Source: Patescibacteria group bacterium (lineage in GTDB: Bacteria > Patescibacteriota > Microgenomatia > UBA8517 > UBA10165). Taken from it: a DNA stretch of 43,739 nt. The notes beneath the pieces were generated by a model. It saw only the letters and a program-made list of their open reading frames with translations, had not been told where the DNA came from and searched no databases. The first letter of the stretch is position 1, and the number at the start of each line of letters is the position of its first letter. Shown here piece after piece: positions 34,619 to 42,108 of the stretch. A program made the position numbers and the translations under genes. The DNA is taken from contig JBBTXW010000014.1 in assembly GCA_038062025.1 (NCBI GenBank), positions 1-43,739 on the forward strand. The letters run 5' to 3'.

Positions 34619-35509
34619 ATGGATCAGAAAATCAGTGGAATTTTAGATAAATATAAAGATCTTGTTTGGCCTGAAATCCAGAAATACCTTAAAGACCCCA
34701 AATATCCAAAGCAATTCTTGATTCCGAACAAATTTAAAAAAGAGGCTGCTTTATATTGGAGAATCAACAAAGTCTATCCGGGGCGGAAAGGAAAATACAT
34801 ACGCCCAATTCTCCTTCTTTTAACGGCAAGGGCTATGGGAGCGAATACGAAAACAATCATTAAACCTGCTGCGGCAATGCAACTTTCAGAAGAGTGGATT
34901 CTCATCCACGATGACATTGAAGACAACTCCGAAGAAAGGCGTGGTGCCCCCACACTTCATAAAATTTACGGTCACGAATTAGCCATAAACGCAGGTGATT
35001 CCCTGCAAATTATTATGTGGAAAATTATTAATGATTTAGGTTCTAATGCCTTAGTCGAGGAATTCTACAAAATGTTAATTAGAACCACTTTGGGACAAGG
35101 TGTAGAACAAATTTGGACCAACAGAAAAAAGAAAAGTATCTCGAAGGATCAATATTTTTTCATCGCGGACAGCAAAAGTGCTTATTACTCTATTGCAGGC
35201 CCTATGAGACTGGGAGCAATTCTGGCAAAAGCCTCCTTTGGCCAACTTGAAAAAATAACTGAATTTGGACTCCATTTGGGGAGATGCTTTCAGCTTATAG
35301 ATGACATTTTAGATTTGGAACAAGATAAAAAAGAAGGAAAAGTAACGCTTGCAAACACAAAAGGAACTGCCTTTGCTAAAAAACTGGCCAAGGGCGAAAA
35401 AGATAAAGCCGAAGAAATCTTTGAAAAGGATCTCAAATTTCTTTCCCGCGAACCCGCAAGAAGTGAGTTAAGAGAAATTATAAATTTTGTTTTAGAAAGA
35501 GAATATTAA
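34619..35509 (+). CDS. trans-polyprenyl diphosphate synthase (IspA/CrtE family)
   Basis: GKYIRP, FARM LIHDDIED..RRG, AINAGD, GQ, SARM FQLIDDILD. Confidence 0.93.
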   Translation: MDQKISGILDKYKDLVWPEIQKYLKDPKYPKQFLIPNKFKKEAALYWRINKVYPGRKGKYIRPILLLLTARAMGANTKTIIKPAAAMQLSEEWILIHDDIEDNSEERRGAPTLHKIYGHELAINAGDSLQIIMWKIINDLGSNALVEEFYKMLIRTTLGQGVEQIWTNRKKKSISKDQYFFIADSKSAYYSIAGPMRLGAILAKASFGQLEKITEFGLHLGRCFQLIDDILDLEQDKKEGKVTLANTKGTAFAKKLAKGEKDKAEEIFEKDLKFLSREPARSELREIINFVLEREY

Positions 35510-35522
35510 ATCTTTACTTCAC

Positions 35523-36293
35523 TTATATTTTCGATTTGCGCCAGCCGGCATTTTCCGCTTCAACTTCTGAGCAAAAATAGCGCTCTCCTGCCGCTTCATC
35601 AATTTGGGTTTTGTCATAGTATCGCTGGCCAGGGGTGTGGTATATTTTTTCGCCTTTGGAGGAGATGTTGCCCTTTATATTACAAGTGGAGTTAGGGAGA
35701 TTGGGGGGATTGGGGTAATTAGGGAGATTGGAATTGCAAGCACTTGGGTGCCAAAGTCCCCTATTATTATCTCGGGCTTCTTTTTCGGAAACGTTAAATT
35801 GTGCTTGGTATTTTATATCTGGAGGATAGGAAGAAGAGTGGGCAAACCCATTTTTGACTAGATAGTCGTTTACAAGTGTATCCCCGACCCAAACATAGCG
35901 GAGCAATCGTCCGTATTTGTCGGTTTCTGAAATGTCTTTTTCAAGCCTCACATTTTTGCCGAGGACAAAATCCTTATTTGCCTCCGTTGCGCTTAAACCA
36001 AAACATTCGTCAGCTTCTGGAGAGTTGATGCCAATATAACGCACACGCTTCCCGCCTTCAATTTCGATTGTATCGCCGTCGATAACGCGAGCTGCAATGT
36101 GGCTTTGAGAAGTAGATAGATAGACAGGTAGTAAAGTAGAAATGGTGGGCGTAGGTTGTGAGTTGTGGGTAGTGGGAGAAGGAAGTGGTTGTGTGGAGGA
36201 GGTAGAATCTGCGGGACGAGATGCAAGCACATAAAGCCCTAACCCTGCTGAGAGGAGCCAAGGAAGGACAAGAAAGAAAAATTTTGGTTTCAA
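35523..36293 (-). CDS. Membrane-anchored thermonuclease (SNase) with C-terminal Cys domain
   Basis: RVIDGDTI, VRYIGINSPE, DKYGRLLRYVW, IKGNISSKGEKIYH. Confidence 0.92.
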   Translation of the reverse strand: MKPKFFFLVLPWLLSAGLGLYVLASRPADSTSSTQPLPSPTTHNSQPTPTISTLLPVYLSTSQSHIAARVIDGDTIEIEGGKRVRYIGINSPEADECFGLSATEANKDFVLGKNVRLEKDISETDKYGRLLRYVWVGDTLVNDYLVKNGFAHSSSYPPDIKYQAQFNVSEKEARDNNRGLWHPSACNSNLPNYPNPPNLPNSTCNIKGNISSKGEKIYHTPGQRYYDKTQIDEAAGERYFCSEVEAENAGWRKSKI

Positions 36294-36356
36294 CTCCTAA
36301 ATTTTAGCATGGAGTTGAACTTTGCGAAGTTTAACGATTTGACAATGACAAACAGA

Positions 36357-36977
36357 TTAGAACCCCGTGATCGCAACTCCAAACCCTTCTTGGGCGTAGA
36401 TACAACCCCATTTGTATTCCCCGCCGGTAATTAGCTTTTTGTGTCCTAAAGTATCAAGCCAGGCTGAGACTGCCTGGTCTGGGGTTGGATAACCCGAAAT
36501 TAAAAATTCCGCCACATTATTCGGCATTGTTGGGTCGTCTTTGTATTTGTCGTAAATGCCCCGAAAACCATCATGCCCATCTAATTTTCCAAAGTCTCTG
36601 ATTTGAGAAAGCCTTATTGCCGCAATTGTGCAGAGAACATCTCTTTGCGACAAGGAGTTTACGCCATGTTCTATTCTAGCCTTGTTTACTGCTTCCCAAA
36701 GCTCGGGGCCTGTGTAGGAAACAGACGTCGAGGAACGCTGGGGCGCTGGGGCGCTGGATTTTTGGGTGGGAGTGGGGGTGGTTTTGGTTAGAGAGGCTAT
36801 GGTGTTTTGGAAGTCTTCTAAAATTGCAGATTCATGGAGTTTTGCAATCTTCAAGGTTTGGCCAGCTCCAATAAGGTAGCCAAAAAAGAAGCCTGCTGCA
36901 ATGAAAATTGCGATCCCGAGTGGTTGGGTGAAATAAACTTTCTTAAACTTTAGCTGTTTGGGGGTTGTGATTTTCAT
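36357..36977 (-). CDS. CAP (SCP) domain protein
   Basis: TM helix; VNKARIEHG..H..E..AVSAWLDTLGHKK. Confidence 0.8.
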   Translation of the reverse strand: MKITTPKQLKFKKVYFTQPLGIAIFIAAGFFFGYLIGAGQTLKIAKLHESAILEDFQNTIASLTKTTPTPTQKSSAPAPQRSSTSVSYTGPELWEAVNKARIEHGVNSLSQRDVLCTIAAIRLSQIRDFGKLDGHDGFRGIYDKYKDDPTMPNNVAEFLISGYPTPDQAVSAWLDTLGHKKLITGGEYKWGCIYAQEGFGVAITGF

Positions 36978-37597
36978 GAGATTGCTTCGTCTCCTTCGGC
37001 TCCTCGCAATGACAACCTTAATAAGGGTTTTACTCCCCCACCACGGAGTTCCTGAAAAAATGTAATGTGGTTCACAATAAAAGCGTTATCTTCCATCTCT
37101 TTTTCGACGATCTCTTCAAGATTTTTTGCTTGTGCGTTTCTGTCTCTTTGCTTTGGGACTTGGGCTATTTCTATGTGTGGATGAAGCCTATGCGGCGGCG
37201 AAAATTCTTCCTCACTTAGTGCTTTTGTTATTGTATTAAATAGATTTTGAATATTTTTGTCGGGGTCTTTTATTGAAAGATAAATTACAGAATGATCTCG
37301 TGTTTCTCCTGAGTAAAGATAATCAAGTTTTGATGTTGAGACTTCGAATGTCCGAACATTTTGAAGAATTGGCCGAACGACGCGGTATGCGGCGGATAAC
37401 CTTTCTTGGGCGATGTGTCCCAAGTAAATGAGATTAATTAAAAGATTGTCGGGACTTTCTAAGAGAGTACCTCTTGGGAGTTCTTGTTGGATTTTTGAGA
37501 TGTGTTCTTTTAACTCTTTCGGAAGTTCAATCCCAACTAAAGCTCTTGTTCTGGGGCCTGTGCTTCGTCTTCGGCCAAATATGGGTTTGTCTGGCAT
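36974..37597 (-). CDS. 2H phosphoesterase (ThpR/LigT-like) with degenerate motifs
   Basis: RALVGIELP..NLLINLIYLG..PHIEIA. Confidence 0.75.
   Translation of the reverse strand: MPDKPIFGRRRSTGPRTRALVGIELPKELKEHISKIQQELPRGTLLESPDNLLINLIYLGHIAQERLSAAYRVVRPILQNVRTFEVSTSKLDYLYSGETRDHSVIYLSIKDPDKNIQNLFNTITKALSEEEFSPPHRLHPHIEIAQVPKQRDRNAQAKNLEEIVEKEMEDNAFIVNHITFFQELRGGGVKPLLRLSLRGAEGDEAIS
36978..37013. repeat. Palindromic repeat forming the 3' end of the 2H gene
   Basis: GAGATTGCTTCGTCTCCTTCGGCTCCTCGCAATGAC (ATTGC..GCAAT arms); encodes SLRGAEGDEAI. Confidence 0.6.
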
Positions 37598-37599
37598 TT

Positions 37600-38124
37600 T
37601 TACTTGAGGGGCGGCAAGACTATAGTATCTCCAACTTTTATCCCCCTTTTTGCGGCAACTCCTCCTGCAATTTCCAAAACATAATCAACTTTTGTGCGGG
37701 GGGCGTATTTTGGCGTTTGGGCGTCGGTTAGGCCTGTTGGTACAATTGGGACGTTTGGGGTAATCTCGGATACCACCCTGTCATTTATCCAAATAATATC
37801 GACTGGGAATTTCATTCCTTTCATCCACAAGGATGGCTGTTCGTCTTGTTTTTCTAAAACAAATAGCATTCCGGTATCTTCTGGGAGATTTGTGTGCTCT
37901 GAGAGGCCTAAACGGCGGCTTTGTTCTGTATTTGCTATCTCGACTTTAAAAGCTGAACTTCCAACGGTAATTATTTTTTCTTGGGGTGTCGGGGAGGTTT
38001 GTTGGTTGGCAATCGGAACTCCGGCGCGCATAAACAAACTTTCTAGATTGCCTGGTTTTGATGACCAGTAGGCAAGAAAAATAACACCGACTAAGATTGC
38101 TAGTAAGATGCCTAATTGCTTCAT
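37600..38124 (-). CDS. DUF192 family protein
   Basis: VEIANT..RLGLS..GMLF..WMKGMKFPVDIIWI..YVLEIAGG. Confidence 0.9.
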   Translation of the reverse strand: MKQLGILLAILVGVIFLAYWSSKPGNLESLFMRAGVPIANQQTSPTPQEKIITVGSSAFKVEIANTEQSRRLGLSEHTNLPEDTGMLFVLEKQDEQPSLWMKGMKFPVDIIWINDRVVSEITPNVPIVPTGLTDAQTPKYAPRTKVDYVLEIAGGVAAKRGIKVGDTIVLPPLK

Positions 38125-38129
38125 TGGTT

Positions 38130-38237
38130 AAATTCGAATATCGAAACTTGAAATCCGAAACAAATTCAAAATTCCAATGTTTAAATTTTCAAAATTTAGA
38201 TATTGTTTCGTGCTTCGAATTTAGTGCTTCGGATTTT
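38130..38237. repeat. About 108-nt imperfect inverted repeat of heptamer units
   Basis: AAATTCG AATATCG AAACTTG AAATCCG AAACAA ... TTGTTT CGTGCTT CGAATTT AGTGCTT CGGATTT. Confidence 0.8.
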
Positions 38238-38394
38238 CAATACTTGTTGCCGCTCCCCTAACACGATCGCCAGGCAAGGCTTTTGCTAAAAGTGTGACTA
38301 AGAGTGCAAATATTAGGGCGGGGATGAGCAGGAAAAGGACAGAATGATGGTGTCGCCTTTTGTGCTTTTTTACATGGATGTGGGCAATGTCCAC
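38221..38394 (-). CDS. Small membrane protein (57 aa; not in the ORF track)
   Basis: TTGACA-18-TACACT promoter, then GTG; MDIAHIHVKKHKRRHHHSVLFLLIPALIFALLVTLLAKALPGDRVRGAATSIENPKH. Confidence 0.65.
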   Translation of the reverse strand: MDIAHIHVKKHKRRHHHSVLFLLIPALIFALLVTLLAKALPGDRVRGAATSIENPKH

Positions 38395-38451
38395 GCTGAA
38401 GACAAGTGTAGAGGCTTGGAGGAGATTGTGTCAATGAGGATATTTGCTGTG

Positions 38452-38533
38452 TGGGCGAGAGAGGACTCGAACCTCCACGGATTGCTCCACAGGTTCCTAA
38501 AACCTGCACGTATACCAATTTCGTCACTCGCCC
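38452..38533 (-). tRNA. tRNA-Leu(TAG), CCA not encoded
   Basis: GGGCGAG acceptor stem; CAGGT-TTTAGGA-ACCTG anticodon arm; long variable arm; GGTTCGAGTCC. Confidence 0.95.
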
Positions 38534-38551
38534 GGATATGCTTATTATACC

Positions 38552-39751
38552 TCAAATGCGATTATTGAGAGTTCTCTTCAGGAGTTTTCTTCGGACTCCA
38601 CCGTATGAGCCAAAGGAAACGGTTTTTTCAATACCTTTTTCCTGAAGATAATTTGTAAATGCCAGATACTCTTCCTTAACGGTTGGATAGTTTCCAGCCA
38701 TAAACGAAATGGCTAGATCTTGTAGTGTGATTACCATTTCGCCGACGTTGACAGGCTTTGTCCAATCTACACTTTCTCTTAAGCCCAGTTGGTTTAGAAT
38801 ATCGTGAGTTTTTCCTCGGCTTATTCCCAGTTTTTCGAGAATTTCTTTGGTTTTTTCTCGTGACCCGCTTAATTGAAAAATCTCTCCCGTTGCTTCTTCG
38901 ACACCTTTTCTTTGGTTTTTTCTTATTTCGTCAGGGGTGTAGTGTAAGTCATCGTACTCGCTTACAATACCTGCCAAGCTTTTATAGGTCGTATAAACCC
39001 CTATCCCCATCAAAAGTTCTGTCGTGGTTTGGTAGTCTAAATCTCTGTCGAACCACTCTTGTATTTGAGCCCGTACCGCAGGGGTAAAGATGCGGGCGGT
39101 TGCTACTTCGGCGGCTTTTTGGGAGGCTGCTTTTTGGATTCGGGAAGCCTCTTGAGGAAATTGTTGTCGCCATAATTTGAGGGCGCCATCTCTTTTTTTG
39201 AGTTGTTCCTCTTTGCTTAGGGGTTGAACGATTGCGTGGTCTAGAACACTTCGTTCCAAACCTTTTGCAAGATAACCGATTCTTCTATCTAACCACTCTT
39301 GGAATTCAGCGGTCAGTTGCGGTCGCAGGCTTTCATCTGTTGGGGGTTGTCTTAACCATGCCAAAAGTTCGTGCTCATCTTGCCTACATTGGGGTGCAGC
39401 TTCGAAGCATCTTATGAGTGGATTGTTTAAGATAGTTGGTAGATCAAGGCTTAAGAAGTGGTGTCTGATTACATCCTCATAGCTTAAGAGTGTGTCGTGT
39501 ATCAGATGAGAAAGTTCGCCCCTTAAGCTTGGAAGGTTGGCAAGTTCTAGGGCTAAGCAGTCTCCCATTATCTTTTGGCCTTCAATAATTTTTGCAAGTG
39601 ACCAAGTGGGCAGGCCTTTTTGATCGTTTGGGATTGGCCTTTCGGGTGTCATTTGCGGTCTCGCCAAACCTTTAGAGTTTGGCGGACCAAAACCCCAAAG
39701 TCTATGGGAGTTTAGGCCACAAACCTCAGGATCTAGAGAGCATGATACCAT
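38552..39751 (-). CDS. Hypothetical protein (start may be MTPERP near 39652)
   Basis: Long ORF; the listed start overlaps a TTGACA..TGgTATCAT promoter; helical, possibly HTH-like C-terminal half. Confidence 0.7.
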   Translation of the reverse strand: MVSCSLDPEVCGLNSHRLWGFGPPNSKGLARPQMTPERPIPNDQKGLPTWSLAKIIEGQKIMGDCLALELANLPSLRGELSHLIHDTLLSYEDVIRHHFLSLDLPTILNNPLIRCFEAAPQCRQDEHELLAWLRQPPTDESLRPQLTAEFQEWLDRRIGYLAKGLERSVLDHAIVQPLSKEEQLKKRDGALKLWRQQFPQEASRIQKAASQKAAEVATARIFTPAVRAQIQEWFDRDLDYQTTTELLMGIGVYTTYKSLAGIVSEYDDLHYTPDEIRKNQRKGVEEATGEIFQLSGSREKTKEILEKLGISRGKTHDILNQLGLRESVDWTKPVNVGEMVITLQDLAISFMAGNYPTVKEEYLAFTNYLQEKGIEKTVSFGSYGGVRRKLLKRTLNNRI

Positions 39752-39833
39752 ACAAAATCCGAAATGTCAAGGAGTTATAAGTCGGGCACTTTTGTGGATA
39801 AGTAGATTAGCGTAAAAACTATATGAGTCAATT

Positions 39834-40460
39834 TCACTCCATCTCAGTGAGAAACTGTGTTACTCCTGCTGCCCAGGTTCCTGGGGAAGATGGGGTGTAC
39901 TTTTTCATCAATTCCTCGGGCGTTTGGTATCCTTTATTAAGATAATTTTCCCTAAGGCCTTTTGATACTGTGTTTATTGCCTCAGTATAATTTGAAAATC
40001 TTAAAGTTCCTTTGCTGTGTACTCCCCAACCCCAGCAATTGTATGAATTTTCAGGAATTTTTTTGCAAAGATTTGATTCTTGTTGGGCAATTGCTGTGAG
40101 CAGGCGAAAGTCAAGCTGGTTTTCGTCAGCTGTTTTAACAATCTGGTTTGAGTAAGGCTCAAGGGGCGATTCGTATTTTTCTAGATACTGGCGGATTATT
40201 TCGGTTCGCGCATCAGCTTGTACGGCTGCGCCGGCTACCCGCCCTAGTGGGTCGGGTACCGCGGCGTAAACTCTTGAGCCATATTTGGGAACTGAGATCG
40301 TTTTTGCAGTGAGAATGCCACGACCGTTGATTTCTGAAAGCGGATCGAGGGTTGGTTTTGCTGAGACAACTTTTAGGGCAAACACTGAAGTTGCAAGGGT
40401 TATTGGAGTTATGAAGAAAAACGTGGCCAGGTAGAGCAGATTGCGCATTTTTACTTGCAT
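39834..40460 (-). CDS. Lysozyme-fold/glucosaminidase-like peptidoglycan hydrolase
   Basis: TM helix; RLLTAIAQQES..NCWGWG..KYTP..WAAGV. Confidence 0.75.
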   Translation of the reverse strand: MQVKMRNLLYLATFFFITPITLATSVFALKVVSAKPTLDPLSEINGRGILTAKTISVPKYGSRVYAAVPDPLGRVAGAAVQADARTEIIRQYLEKYESPLEPYSNQIVKTADENQLDFRLLTAIAQQESNLCKKIPENSYNCWGWGVHSKGTLRFSNYTEAINTVSKGLRENYLNKGYQTPEELMKKYTPSSPGTWAAGVTQFLTEME

Positions 40461-40473
40461 CCAGCATGCCAGT

Positions 40474-41910
40474 TTATTTCCAATTTGTCAATTTGTTGAG
40501 TAGGAACTCGATGAATCTTTTTAAGTGATTTTTTGTTATGTCAATCGGTTTTTCAGGCAGTTCTTCAAGTATGAGAGCGACGGTTGTTTGGGAGACTTCC
40601 TTACCGTTTTTAAGAAGGCTTATTTTTAATGAATAACTTCCCGGAATTTCGGGAGTCGTGAGAGCTACTCCGGTTTTGTAAATTTGGAAAGGTTTGATGT
40701 TTTCAAGCGCCCCTTTTGTTATTTGGCTTCCAACACCTGGGGTTTCTATCTGAATTTCGTATCCGTCACTTTCTTTCCAAATTGTTTGTCCTAAATTTTC
40801 AAGGTCTAACGTCATAAAATATAAATTTTTTGTAGTGAATTTTTCCGGAATGCCGTCTCGAATTACGATTTTTTCAATTTGTTCTGGTTGGCCGACTGTT
40901 TTTCCAAGAGATTGAATAACTTGGTATTGTGTTTTCCAGCCATCAGGTTTTTTCCAAGAAAAGCTTGAAAAGGGTTCGGCTTGATAATCCAAAACAAAGG
41001 GAGTAACTGCTGCAACTTTTGGGTCATTCCAAATTTCGATAAAGCTTTTTTGGAAATTTTGGGCAACTTTCTCTTCTGAGAGATTCTTGCCGCTCCAGCC
41101 GGTTTCTGTTATGAAAACTGGCAAGTCTTTTTGTATGCCAAAGCTTTTAAGAGTACTCAATTCCCATTCATAATTTTTAATTCCTCCGCGGCCGTGTTTT
41201 TCTGGAGGTGAAGAAAAATCTGGATTTGGGTAGGAATGAGAGGTCCAGCCGTCTATATATTCAAAAACTTGTGGGTTGTGGGAAAGCATTGAGCGGATAT
41301 AAGAGACCTGATCTCTCGTTTCTATTCCATTTGGGGCAGAAGAATCAAATCCTGCATTCAGGACAAAGAAATCTTCGTTTTGTTTTTTAAGTTTTTGAGA
41401 ATAGTTGTAAAGAACATCTGCGTATTCTGTTGGCGCAATTTGTCCGCCCCACTCTTTTGCATGGTTTGGTTCGTTAAATAAAACAACATATCGGTTCTTA
41501 ACAACCCAGTTTAGAGAGTCCAAAAATGACGCCCAAGCTGGAGCTTCGCCTATTGCTGGTTTTACCCAATTTTCTCCCTCGGGATGTGTTGCAATTCGGA
41601 CAATTGGGATTAGGTGTGTTTCGCGAAGTTTATCGAAGACTTCCTGCCATTTTTTAGTATCCCTTTGATCGTCTTGGATAACCAAAGTTACATATCCCCA
41701 ATCACCATTTGTATTAACGAGATTTGCAACTTCGTCAAGACTTGTTCCATTTAAAATATGGATTCCGAAGCGGTTGTTTGGGGAAGAAAGGGGGTCGACG
41801 ATTGCATGCGCAGGAGTGGCCGAGATTAAGTAACAACCTAAGAAGAACGTTGCCACTACGTGGTAGAAACAAAGTGGAGACAGATAGAAACCAAGTGGTT
41901 TGAAGGACAT
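40474..41910 (-). CDS. Secreted clan GH-A glycoside hydrolase with C-terminal Ig-like domain
   Basis: Signal peptide ending AHA; FNEPN (acid/base), HSY, FITETGW (nucleophile). Confidence 0.8.
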   Translation of the reverse strand: MSFKPLGFYLSPLCFYHVVATFFLGCYLISATPAHAIVDPLSSPNNRFGIHILNGTSLDEVANLVNTNGDWGYVTLVIQDDQRDTKKWQEVFDKLRETHLIPIVRIATHPEGENWVKPAIGEAPAWASFLDSLNWVVKNRYVVLFNEPNHAKEWGGQIAPTEYADVLYNYSQKLKKQNEDFFVLNAGFDSSAPNGIETRDQVSYIRSMLSHNPQVFEYIDGWTSHSYPNPDFSSPPEKHGRGGIKNYEWELSTLKSFGIQKDLPVFITETGWSGKNLSEEKVAQNFQKSFIEIWNDPKVAAVTPFVLDYQAEPFSSFSWKKPDGWKTQYQVIQSLGKTVGQPEQIEKIVIRDGIPEKFTTKNLYFMTLDLENLGQTIWKESDGYEIQIETPGVGSQITKGALENIKPFQIYKTGVALTTPEIPGSYSLKISLLKNGKEVSQTTVALILEELPEKPIDITKNHLKRFIEFLLNKLTNWK

Positions 41911-41924
41911 ATGCAGGCAGAAGG

Positions 41925-41998
41925 TGCACCTGAAGGGACTCGAACCCCCAACCTCATCGTCCGAAGCGACGCGCTCTATCCAGTTGAGCTACAGGTGC
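41925..41998 (-). tRNA. tRNA-Arg(TCG)
   Basis: GCACCTG acceptor stem; CGTCG-CTTCGGA-CGATG anticodon arm; GGTTCGAGTCC. Confidence 0.93.
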
Positions 41999-42001
41999 GT
42001 G

Positions 42002-42076
42002 TGGTGGATCGCCCGGGATTCGAACCCAGAACCGATCGGTTAAGAGCCGATTGCTCTGCCATTGAGCTAGCGATCC
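42002..42076 (-). tRNA. tRNA-Lys(CTT), CCA encoded
   Basis: GGATCGC acceptor stem; ATCGG-CTCTTAA-CCGAT anticodon arm; GGTTCGAATCC. Confidence 0.95.
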
Positions 42077-42108
42077 ATGCCTGGAACAGATACAATTATA
42101 TCAGAGTT

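Noticed and set aside
41860-42108. 83-aa N-terminal extension of the GTPase in the ORF track
   Set aside because: It is the antisense of two tRNA genes; DRG similarity begins at Met 42109
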